From NCBI GenBank assembly GCA_051941275.1, contig JAVEBF010000043.1, positions 1-41,052 on the forward strand: a stretch of 41,052 nt of DNA, given 5' to 3'. Below, in pieces: positions 1-10,491 of this stretch. The position numbers and the translations under genes were made by a program. The stretch is from Dirinaria sp. TL-2023a (taxonomy: Eukaryota). The notes beneath the pieces were generated by a model. It did no database searches, was not told where the DNA came from, and worked only from the letters and a program-made list of their open reading frames with translations. The stretch's first letter is position 1, and every line of letters begins with the position of its first letter.

Positions 1-2226
1 CAAATAATACGCCTCGCACTCACGATCATCCAAAACCCTAACCGGCACAGCCCCCTCCACGCCCATCGTCCCGAACAGAACCCTCTCCACCCCACTCCCA
101 GATCCACCCCGAGAAAGCGTATAAACCTCGTTATAATCCAGAGTATTAGGTGTTCCTTTTTTCTTTGAGCTTTCGACACGCGCAATAGCATTGCACGTCA
201 AGTATCCACCACCACCAACGGCGCACGTCATAGGTACATAATTTGGATTTTTGGTGGACTCGGCGAGCGTCGTGCCTGCTATGTGGCCTGGAGTAGTATT
301 ACCCCGGTTGCCGAAGGTGGGGAGGTGGAGTACGGCAATGAGGTCTGAGGTGGTGGAGGTGAGATGTGAGGAGTCGTCGAGGGTGAAGAGGGGAGGTTTG
401 CTTTTGCGAGAGTTGGCTGAGAAGGCGAGGCCGTTGGCGCCTTTTGAGAGGGTCGCAAATTGGCCTGTGGATGGGTTCTGCAGGCAGAAACATGTTGGAG
501 GTGGAGATTCTGTGCAAGTTGTGGTGGGGCTTGTGGTACTGGGTGCTTTTAATGTTGTGGACGTGCTGCAGGTGCTCGGAGGACTCGATTTGCTGGGCGT
601 TATTAAGGTCGTTGGGATTCTTTTTGTGGTCGAGGGCATTGAAGAATTGGATGGACTCTGGGTTGTAGTAGTGCTGCTTCGAGTAGTAGTCGGCACGGTA
701 CTGGATGTGCGAGTATTGCGGGCTACCGTGGTGTTATTTTTGGTGAATGTTGCTGAGGTGCCGGATGTATTAGGAGTTACTACTGTAATGTTGGACCTAT
801 GAGAGGTTGTCAGGGCGCCAGAAGAACTGAATGTTGCTGTAGTACTGGATGCTCCGGATATCGATGAAAAACTCAGTGTGCTTGAGCTGCATGTACTAGT
901 GTTTAAAGCTATCCGGGTTGAGTCAGTGGCACTTTGAGACATCGTGAGTTTCGGCGTGGTAGAATATGGGTAAGGCGTTTGCGAAGCGGTCTTTGGCCAA
1001 TTTGATGTTGGTTGTAATTTTGAAATCGTGGATGAGGGAGCTCTTAACGTGCTGATTTGCGAACTTATCGTTTGAGACTTAGTACTCGTACATGAAGATG
1101 TTGTTGAATGGGAGCTGCTTATTGTTTTCGGCGGTGGTGACCCGAGCGGAGAAGACTTGCGCACTGTGCTAGAGCTACACGAAGCAGGTTCGTCAGGATT
1201 CGACAACGCCAACGAATAGCTGTAGGAGCGAGAAACAGTATACTTGTCACTCCCTCGATACTGCCCGTAATTCGTGGCATAAGCCGGTGACCAGACCTGA
1301 GAGTAGATAGAGCAGTAGAGTCCTTGAGGAACGCCGTTCATAGAAATAACATAAGCATTGAAGAACACGCAAGACTGATATGATCCATCGGCTGTCGAAT
1401 GACGTCGGTCATATGCTGTCTGAGCAAGACAGTCGGCTGCACAGAGAGATGGGTCGAAACCTTGAGATTGACTGAATATATGATGTTTGTAGCCCATATA
1501 GGTATCTTGGCCCTGAGCATTCTTAGGAGCATTGATGGCACCCCCCAGCTGGACGGGTCCGGTGAAGCATGCAATACCTGGTGGAGCTGAGACTTTGTTG
1601 TAGGCATTGGAGCCAGCAATAACAACCTGAAAGCTATCCCTCCATTGCCCTTTATTCTTCGCCTCTGCGGCTGAAACCGGTACGCCCCAAAGAGTACATT
1701 TGTAGTTAGTAAGACTCGGGGGGTTGGGACAATTGGTCTTATTGGGATCAAGGCTCGGATCACGCTCAACATACATGTTGAAAGCTTGGCATCCCAAGGC
1801 CTTATTGCAAAGAGATGCACATTCGAAGGGGTCGTAGCTCCTTAAATTGGTGAGGCCCATGTACTTTGAAGCGCTCAAGGACGCGGCGGCATTTTGCATC
1901 ACAAGGGTGTATCCATCTGGTGTAGTAGCATTGTTGGCCATTGCGGAAAAATCTGGGTTGGAAAGGAAAGCATTAGGGGTATCTGGTGTGGCCACTGGCC
2001 CAAAGCCAGCAGGTTGTGGGGTACAATCTCCATCTCGTTTGATACCTTGCCTTTGCAAAGCGATGGCAGATCCTGCGGTCGTCAGCGTTCCGCTCGAGAC
2101 ATCGTATGGTGGTGCTACGAGCACAGGGTCAGGCGCCGCCTCAACAGCTTGAGTATCAATCAACTGAGGTTTGGGAACGGCAACTGCAAGCGTAAAGAGG
2201 GTGGGCAAGAACAAAACACAACGCAT
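1..2226 (-). CDS. Secreted Cys-rich protein: two PAN/Apple-like modules, Ser/Thr-rich stalk and a C-terminal domain (3' end outside window)
   Basis: Reading frame from ATG 2226 to position 1 (742 codons) with no stop found, absent from the ORF track because it has no stop. Signal peptide MRCVLFLPTLFTLAVAVP and Kex2-like KR|DGDC. Module 1: YMG...YDPFECASLCNKALGCQAFNMYVERDPS...CPNPPSLTNYKCTLWG...FQVVIAGSNAYNK. Module 2: GGAINAP...YMGYK...FDPSLCAADC...CVFFNAYV...GLYCSIYS. A long S/T-rich tract follows (~480-1180). Confidence 0.88.
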   Translation of the reverse strand, partial: MRCVLFLPTLFTLAVAVPKPQLIDTQAVEAAPDPVLVAPPYDVSSGTLTTAGSAIALQRQGIKRDGDCTPQPAGFGPVATPDTPNAFLSNPDFSAMANNATTPDGYTLVMQNAAASLSASKYMGLTNLRSYDPFECASLCNKALGCQAFNMYVERDPSLDPNKTNCPNPPSLTNYKCTLWGVPVSAAEAKNKGQWRDSFQVVIAGSNAYNKVSAPPGIACFTGPVQLGGAINAPKNAQGQDTYMGYKHHIFSQSQGFDPSLCAADCLAQTAYDRRHSTADGSYQSCVFFNAYVISMNGVPQGLYCSIYSQVWSPAYATNYGQYRGSDKYTVSRSYSYSLALSNPDEPASCSSSTVRKSSPLGSPPPKTISSSHSTTSSCTSTKSQTISSQISTLRAPSSTISKLQPTSNWPKTASQTPYPYSTTPKLTMSQSATDSTRIALNTSTCSSSTLSFSSISGASSTTATFSSSGALTTSHRSNITVVTPNTSGTSATFTKNNTTVARNTRTSSTVPTTTRSSTTTTQSPSNSSMPSTTKRIPTTLITPSKSSPPSTCSTSTTLKAPSTTSPTTTCTESPPPTCFCLQNPSTGQFATLSKGANGLAFSANSRKSKPPLFTLDDSSHLTSTTSDLIAVLHLPTFGNRGNTTPGHIAGTTLAESTKNPNYVPMTCAVGGGGYLTCNAIARVESSKKKGTPNTLDYNEVYTLSRGGSGSGVERVLFGTMGVEGAVPVRVLDDRECEAYYL

Positions 2227-4846
2227 GACTAAAGAGTAAACCGTGAAAAGAGTGACAGGATGACAATGGAAATGTAAAGAGTGAAAGTCTACGTCGTGAC
2301 TTCGAAGAGACAAGGTGGAACATTACTACATTTCGTAGCAATATACAGCTGGGCTATGGCGTCGGTTTTGGATCGTTTGGCTTCTCCAGTAGCAACTGCT
2401 TCTTACGGAAACCCAAGCCATAATTTGCAAGCGAGATAAGTCGAAGTGAAGCTCGGCAGAGGCTCAGAATCAAATGTTTCTAGACACATATGAAGAATGT
2501 TGTGTAGAGGCGATATGATATTAGAGTGTTTGATAATGAATTCCAGCGCCAAACGCCGAAAAGAGCATCAATCGCGCCAGAAACCGTCAGCGAGACTGTC
2601 TAGGTAGGTTAATGATTCTGCTCTATTCGTCAGGTTGAACAAGAAAACCCTCACAGGGCCATCAAGATTGGCTTGTCACCTGAATCCAGAGTATGTATGG
2701 GTGCCATCCCTAAAAGGCGGAAGGCTTCCTAAATCGGCTACCATTTAGCCAGACTAGTATGAATAATCTCTGCGGGATCCTGGTCGCTCTATCTCTGCCT
2801 TATCTGAAGTACATAAGTAAGTGTAACGTAACAATGACCCACAGTCGCAAGTGCTGTATATTCGATTCTTGAATGCGATTGTTTCACATTTCTTGGTACT
2901 CACATGCAGAGGGATGCAAATCAAGAAGCGATTGTAGATGTGAGGAGCACGTTCGATAACGCTCCAGCTATTCGGATGACAATTTCAGACTTCCCCGGTC
3001 CGGATCCGCCGAAGGCTTGGCAAGGAACCCATTAAGCTTTTCACATCGAAACCCTGACAGTTTAAGATATTTGTGGCTTATTGATGTGGTCGACACGATG
3101 TACGAGGAAACGCTAAGCTAATAATTCGAGACGACACGCTCATGCTGTTCGAATGCTCGTTTCTGTAGATTTCCTTAAGCGAAATGCACCACCGTTGAGA
3201 TCGCCTATCCTGAAATCTCAGTCCACATCGGTCGCAGTCCAATCTTAGATCACCGTTCAAGGATTCCACTATTTTCACTAAATTCAAAGCCTTACCTGAG
3301 TGTTAGTACTTTGAAGGCAGAAAATTCTGACCGAGGAAGCTGCTGATGAATCGCAAATTGTATTGTGCGGTAAATATGTAGGCTTGACTTCTTAGCATCT
3401 CTTACCCTCAATTGGGCCCTTTCAAGTTCTGCTTGCCTTAATGTGAATGTAATAATAAAACGTTCAAAATTTTGAAGCTTAGCGACTGGCTCTTCCGCTT
3501 TGCAACTTAAAGTCACGCTTCGTAAAGTTTCGCGTGTGAGGTTCTTTAGCTCCACGGCGAGTTTACTCGAGCTGTGGCAGCATTAACAAATCCCAAATCA
3601 ACAGGCGAGAATTCAACCGAATTTCGAGAAGTTGGATCCTATCTCTGACATATGCCGCGCATGACAGACTTTGACTCCTGATCTCGTTGGCCCGCAAATT
3701 AGACCCCCCCACTCCCACCCCACTTGGCCGCAACATCATCCAATCATCTCTGTAGATTCTGATATGGGCGACAGTATGGAGACGCATGATCTCAATGAAG
3801 GACTCTCAAACTCGATACACTTTCCAAACTCTGAGTAAGTTTCGTCACGTGGCATGTAATGTGAGAAGATACTCTCCAGCACGATTATCAATAATGATTC
3901 TCAGCTAGAAGACTGCTATGTTGCTCTGCGCCCAGTATTTTCATTCTGAATGGTGTGTGCTTACTCCCACGCATTTCGTCGCAAGCAAGCATGCAACGAT
4001 CAGCAAGCGCGTATCGGCACTGCGAAAGACCCTGCATTCTTATTTCCCGACGTCCAGAGTCAGGGTCTGAGAGGGTCGTTCCAAAAGCCCCAAATACAGG
4101 TCCCAATTCACCCTTCGTTACAAGCACGCTCATGAATCTGGTCTTATAGAGCTCCTACGAGATCAGAGCGTATCTCGTGCCTTTGAGAGCAGTAAGCAAT
4201 GTTTTCGAAAATCAGGGAGTAACCCAGTGCAATGTTATGAAATTTCTCAGAGGATTAATATTAATATTAGAAGTGTCAAATTATATTCAACAGGACAGGA
4301 GTTGCGAGGTTGGCCCAGTGGTCTTTTTGTGTATAGATCTTGTGTAAGGGACCCGCCTGCTCCCCACAACCACAAGCGTTTGATCATGATTCTGGTCCCT
4401 GCATACGCAGGGACTTCGTAGAGTTGCGGAGGCGAGCCTGGGGAAGGTCTCTAGCGTATCCTTAAACCCGATCAAGTGACTACCAAGGGCCAATGAAGTA
4501 CATTGCACTTCGGTCCGCCGGCCGGCTGAGGAATTGTTTGGTGGAAGAAATCACGGTTTGGTTTGAAATCAGTGAAAATCAGCCTCTGCGGTCTTTCCTC
4601 GGTGCATTTGATACTGCACTATTTCTTTTCAATTGGCTCGAATGCGAGGAGCATTCCGAAGAGGTCGATCTCAAACCGATACTCTAAAGTCCAGGCGTCC
4701 AGCACGGAAAACCGGCATTATCTTACCGCAAGATATAAACGACGCAGCCTGGGCTCTACAGCGACAATGTACTGCTCCAGCTGTCTACCGTCCACATCAA
4801 ATCCCACGCATTAGAGTTACATTCCTTCAAGTTTTTTTACAGATAT

Positions 4847-4853
4847 TATAAAA
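4847..4853 (+). promoter_or_regulatory. TATA box (TATAAAA) upstream of small secreted protein
   Basis: TATAAAA lies 20 nt upstream of ATG 4874. The short distance suggests the in-frame ATG at 4892 or 4898 may be the true start. Confidence 0.4.
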
Positions 4854-4873
4854 CCCGAAATCATACCTCGAGA

Positions 4874-5380
4874 ATGAGGTCACAAGTAATAATGTCTATG
4901 TTCTCGATTCTTATGCTTATAAACTCCCACACGTTAGCGGGCCCACCCCATGGTTTTGACGATGCTGTACCTTCGAAATATCGACCCCAAAATCTTAATA
5001 TAACTCCACGAGGATCTATGGACCTCGGTAGTGGATGGTCGATGTTTTACGACACCTGGGCTCCTCTTCTACCGTCTCTACTCTCTTCTGCAGCCTTGGG
5101 CAGCTTCTTCCAGGTCATCTCAGAGCGTGCGAAAGGGACTTGGCTTGATAAAGGCCCACAACATTACCTTGCTATCGAGAAAGGAGCTCTTCAAATCCAA
5201 TTCTACTGCGAAATGCAGACTGTCACTTGGATATTCATTGAAAGATTCGCAGACACTATGCATCGTGCTGCAGAGCTCGGATTTGCCGGCATGTTTGATA
5301 TGAGAATTATTACACCAACCGGAGTAGTTGTATTTGTGCATTTGCGAGTGAGACAGGCAATGGCTGCCGCGGCAGCATAG
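4874..5380 (+). CDS. Small secreted hypothetical protein (lichen-fungus-type family)
   Basis: Single-exon 168-aa ORF with a hydrophobic signal peptide (MSMFSILMLINSHTLAG) and pro-region ending ITPR|G. The C-terminal pattern GALQIQF...VTWIFIERFADTM...GFAGMF...GVVVFVHLRV resembles a family I recall from Lecanoromycete proteomes. Confidence 0.8.
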   Translation: MRSQVIMSMFSILMLINSHTLAGPPHGFDDAVPSKYRPQNLNITPRGSMDLGSGWSMFYDTWAPLLPSLLSSAALGSFFQVISERAKGTWLDKGPQHYLAIEKGALQIQFYCEMQTVTWIFIERFADTMHRAAELGFAGMFDMRIITPTGVVVFVHLRVRQAMAAAAA

Positions 5381-8300
5381 CACAGTGCGCCGCTATTTCT
5401 TTGTCCTGTCCAACGAGAAGAGCCATTCAAATTCGATGTCGATTTCTTTGACTTCAGCTTGGAGTTGCTATGTCATCGCTTGGACTATCAGGATGTTTCG
5501 GTCATCATTGGTGACCGAGAACAGGATATGACTTAAGCAATTCACTTCGAGAGGCAGTGCAAAAGGACCCCCGCCAGCCGCGCTATCCTCGACAGATTCG
5601 CATGACATGAAATGTGTCAAGTCCTTCAGAGGGTTGCAAGCAAGGCTCGGATCGATAGCTTTAAAAGCATAAGAAAATAGTCAGAGCTATGATGGTTCAA
5701 CAATATCGCTGAAGAAACAATCAAAGACTTCATCCCTGATTACTTACTGCGTATGTAGTACATGGTGCCAGTGAAACTCATATTAATGCAGTCCCAAATT
5801 GGTGTTCTGCTTTCCATCTGACGTAGATCGCTTGTATCATGCGCTAAGCATGATTCGATACTGGCGATTGCATGGGCTTTTCAGCCGAGAAAGTCGATTG
5901 ATTCTCCTTTCCAAATATTCCAAATAATAAGTCACTGTATGACAATTCGAGACAGTGATTTACGAGTATATTTCGATCGCGAGTCGCCAATTGTGCATCG
6001 AATACACCACTGCGGAAGCCTTGCCCATGGCTTCGACTCGCCAGACTCGAGAAAGTCTCAAGTACCTCCCAGCGGTTAATCGGGCGTGAGGCTATTTATT
6101 GAGGTTCAGCGCGCACCAATTTTGAGGCCATCATGTTCTAGAAATGCTGGCGGCTGAATGTGTTTACGAAGCGATGGTCGGCGCCTTGAGTAAGTCTAAG
6201 TTTGTGATAGTGTATGCAAAGAGGTTTTTGATCGATATCAAGGACCATCTGGTATGAGTATCATCCCATAGCAAAATCTTGATCCGAGCTATTTTCCTCC
6301 CGACCAAGCTAGCACCGCTCGATAATCAAATCCTGATATCTTACTTCTGATAATTCGGTCCTATCCTCAACGGCTTCGCCGAATAGACTCCGAGTTCGCA
6401 CCAGGCATTCCTTTCTATAGTTTTGCCCTCGAAAGCCCGCGTCATCTCCCTCAGCGGTGACAAGTGGATCCAACTACGCCTATGTATCCATAGCGTAGGC
6501 GTATTCCCTGAATCCTCAGTGTTGCGTAACATCACAATGGCAATTCGACATAAAATTGTGTCGACAATGGTGCAAGACTCCAATCAGCCGATCTATCGCA
6601 GGCCACAGAGCTTGCAATAGGCCTCCCCTCAGAGTTCTCGATGCTGATCTCAATCATGTCTTATCTCTTATGTCGTGACCCTCTTGTCTCGAGGATATCA
6701 GTACCAGCTCGCCTTGATCGAATCCAATTTTTATTGTGCGCTGGCATATGAAACGGCGCAATGAGATCATTGATGAAGGAAGATCTAGGCTACGTGTCAC
6801 AGCCTGATGGCTCAGCGTCGAAAGATGTGTGGAACACGGACTGGGGAGGATCGATTGGTTCGAGGGTGAGTGGAGATGAAAGAAGATGAATCGTTGGCGA
6901 GATTTGTCGGAATCTAGCTGTCGCGGCCAAATAGTTTTAATTAGATGTAGTTGACTTTACTGACACGACCGACTAACGATCAGACTATGTTAGCTCCAAT
7001 GACCGAGTCGCACGTCGGTCCCTCGCTAGTCTCGACTCTATCGAGATACGAATTTAGATCGAACTTTTTCATCCTTCGAAGAGTATCCCAGCATGTTTCG
7101 AGACGGCGATATACAAAACCGTCGTCTCTGATGTGTGAACAGATCGCACAGTCCCAACGACCTTTACAAAATCAGATATTATCACATACGAAAGAGCATA
7201 TGAAAACCTATCGGACTTCTCTAACAAATTCGAATACAATTCATTTCGAGTGTCATTGGATCTCGCGAAACGTGTCCAGTATGGATCGTAGTCTACCGAA
7301 AGGCTCTTGCCAAACCCTAAGTATAATCGCTTCTACGATCATGAAGAGCTCAAAACTGAAGCTAGACCCTCTTCTGACTCAAGCCGGTCAGGATCGGAGA
7401 TATCAAGTATCCTATCGATAGAAAGTACTTAACGCCAGAATGGACCTAATGCAGTTTCAATTGCGATGGATCAGCAGATAAGATCGGCAGTTTGATCGGT
7501 TCTCAAATCATCAACTATTCACTGATAGCTACGCTGGTCAGTGGTATCATGAGACGTTTTTGAAACACACGGCTATAGATCGTCAAGGGACCCACTCAGA
7601 TACGCAATTAAACTCGGTGATGATCATTTTAACGGCACTTAATCTACCGCAACCATTTACAATAAGACAGAATCAGCAGCACCGAGGTTGCAGAGAATAA
7701 AAAAGATCAAGACACTAGACGAGATGCGTGCTTTTATTTCGGACTCAACGCGTTGACTATCACCACTGTTCTTGGCAGATTTAACAAAGCGTCAGAGGCA
7801 ACACTAATGACAATCAAGGCAAGATCTACTCGAAGAGCCAATAGCAATTCAGCTTATTTCATACCCTCGATTCTCTTATATTTAATATATGAGGCTGCTC
7901 TATTCTCTTTGATCTCTTTCACTTCGCTCCATATCTTCAGAGAATTTTTCAGCATATTTCAAGACATTAGCTTATATGATGCACGATCATCGAAAGCTTT
8001 AAACTTGCATAGTAGTAACTATTAACTAAGTGATTAAACTTAGCTCCTGCAAAATTATCCGGGCAATGATTAGAGAAAGATCTGAATACTGATCTCTCAT
8101 CCTTGGTCAACACAAGCAAATGAAACAGAAACAAACAATGATACATACTACAACTCATGTGTCAAACAAATATTCCAAACGATGCCAGTATGACTCACCT
8201 GCGTTTCAGAGCTGGACCGATAAGGATGATATGTGCGCTAGGTGGCAATGGGGCTGAAAAACTTAACCATGGAAACAGAAGAGTCACCTTTCGCAATTCA

Positions 8301-8449
8301 CAATTACATGGAGTTACGGAAACATGATGTATGTGGAATTTTTCACGTCCAGCGTGTCGATATTATGCTTATAATCGTCTAACCGAAGCCAGTGGTGTCT
8401 TGACTACTGGAGTCCTTTGCTCGCATCAACATCCACCCACTCTGCCGCC

Positions 8450-8468
8450 TTTTTTTTTTTTTTTTTTT
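8450..8468. repeat. T19 homopolymer (A19 on minus strand)
   Basis: 19 consecutive T read directly. Confidence 0.95.
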
Positions 8469-8643
8469 GGAGAGAGAGACCGGATCTTGGTTGTTTGTGG
8501 GTGACGATGACAGAAGGAATGACTAGCAGTGTTCGGAACAGGTCGCGATGTCCATGGATGATGATCGTGAGAAAAGCCTTCTTGCTCATTGGGAATCCAA
8601 GCCAAGCGGTGGAGTGGTCCGCCGTGGATGCCTTAGGTAGCGG

Positions 8644-9015
8644 CTAATGCTGAGCTTTGCTTTTCGAAGGTTGAGAAACACCGGTTCCGGTCGGCTTAGT
8701 GGTGCTGTTACCGGAGCCGCCGAGACCTCCTGATCCAGTTGGTATGGGGAACACCTTGAACATTTGCCCGGTCTTGACGGCCGTTCCATTTTCTTGAACG
8801 AGCACCGTCGCACTGGCAAGACCGCTAGGGACGGATCCGGATCCGCTTGCGGCGGCACCTGTGGGAAAGACACCTCCACTGCCTCTAGGATATATGTGAG
8901 GGAATCGGTCGATTAGTGCATGAGGTTCAGGTGTGGAGGCGGCGGGAGCACCGTTGACGACGAAAACCTCGAATGCCAGGACCAGCTGGAGGAGGGAGGA
9001 CAGAAAGTACATCAT
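8644..9015 (-). CDS. Small secreted Gly/Ser/Thr-rich hypothetical protein
   Basis: 123-aa ORF with signal peptide MMYFLSSLLQLVLAFEVFVVNG|AP, pro-site IYPR|G, repeated (F/I/K)PTG motifs and N-glycosylation sequons NGT and NST. TATATAA lies ~85 nt upstream. Confidence 0.72.
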   Translation of the reverse strand: MMYFLSSLLQLVLAFEVFVVNGAPAASTPEPHALIDRFPHIYPRGSGGVFPTGAAASGSGSVPSGLASATVLVQENGTAVKTGQMFKVFPIPTGSGGLGGSGNSTTKPTGTGVSQPSKSKAQH

Positions 9016-9099
9016 GGAATAAATGACTGATTATAAGATAGTGTATTCGACCCAGCGAATGCAGTCTGTACTCGCAAGGAACATAGTGGGAGGGTCCCG

Positions 9100-9106
9100 T
9101 TATATA
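9100..9106 (-). promoter_or_regulatory. TATA box (TATATAA)
   Basis: Plus-strand TTATATA, ~85 nt upstream of ATG 9015 on the minus strand. Confidence 0.45.
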
Positions 9107-10357
9107 AGATTTCTAGCGCTAAGTAGCCAGAGAGCTCCATTGACGTGAGTATCGTACCAGGCGTTCCTCCCTAGGCGGTGTAGCTCGCAACGTGTTCGAT
9201 ATCCTGACCTCTATACCTGTGGATCATGAAGGCAGCGATAGTAACGAATGTTGCTTCGAAGCATTCCCTGTTCATTGGTAAGGAATGTTCCGACGCTCGT
9301 TGCATGACGTCTCACAACATCGTCAAAGCTGCCAGCGCAGACCGTAAAGTCATGGGAGCATCCTACGAAAGGCTAATGAATGTTTAGAATAAGCCGACAT
9401 CAGAATCTCGTAGGGAATGACGGCGATGTCCCGGAAGCACATGAACCAACTTGTGGCTCGATGGAATATTTGTGAAACTCTTTACCATCCTCCTCTGCCT
9501 TCTCGTGCGCAGTGCTCTCTAAGACGCCCTGTGGTCAACGCAGCTAGTTAGGCTCCCTCTGCATCCTGCAAAACTACCTCAATCCGCGGGTGAGGGAGGT
9601 TGATAAGCCAACTTCGCATAGGGTGCCTTAAAGACGTTGATCATTACCTTTCGTTGACTAGCGCTGTCAAGAAATGGCGAATCCTATAGAAGGATCACCA
9701 AGTCTATCCTTGTAGCGGCTGCTGTCAACCAAAGGATTCATATGAGGGTAATAATAAGCGGCATAGTCCACATAGCCTTTTGCTGCAACCAACGAGCCAA
9801 TTCCTTGTGGATGGCAAGGATCCCCCTTACGACGACTAGTCTACTGTTTGCCCAAACCAATGCGGCACTGGATTTGTGGTATCTCAGTCGTACGATAATT
9901 TGTTGAGAACACTGGAATACTTAGACTATTATGGTCTCGCACGTCCACTCATGATGGCTCTGCTAAGATGCCATTGCCGAAAAAGGTTTCTCTTGACATT
10001 GTTAAGATTGTACGACCATGACAGCAAACGTGATTAATGGGAGGCAAAAGCAAGCTGTCATTGCATTGGATTGATCCTGAAAGTGAACAGCCCATGCAAC
10101 TCACTTCGATGACGATTTCTCTCTTGTTGGAAAAGTTGGATAACTGACTGCGCTCGTGGTTGTGCTTTGGTCGTCTGTTGTCTACTGAACTTGAAGCAAA
10201 CATTCCTGATTCCTAAATGACATCAGACACATTGCAGGCCCAGAGAGCAGCCTCGCAGGCTATGTTAGTCCCAGGAGTTCATTGAAACGGACAACTTTAC
10301 CCTTGTGATTCGGCCTTTTTTGGGGGGAACCCAAGTGGCCTATTCTTTGCGAGCATG

Positions 10358-10364
10358 TATATAA
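10358..10364 (+). promoter_or_regulatory. TATA box (TATATAA)
   Basis: ~130 nt upstream of ATG 10492. Confidence 0.5.
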
Positions 10365-10491
10365 GGCAAGACCCGGTGCTTTCTGGTGGCTATCATACCA
10401 CTGCCATTAATTCTCTGGGCAGCAATCTCTAAAGCTTTTTTTGGTTTCTTGAAGAGTAGGCGGGCCTACTACATTTCGTCCAATATTAATC

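Noticed and set aside
251..2232. Plus-strand and alternative-frame ORFs (251-802, 1338-1820, 1847-2152, 1894-2232)
   Set aside because: They are shadows of the real minus-strand S/T-rich gene. The Val-rich composition is simply antisense Thr codons.
5900..8160. Possible RIP-degraded transposon or pseudogene, including the 156-aa ORF 6951-7421 and a TCGA-rich stretch
   Set aside because: No transposase, RT, integrase or other domain motif and no terminal repeats seen. The most protein-like alternative frame has about as many stops as random sequence.
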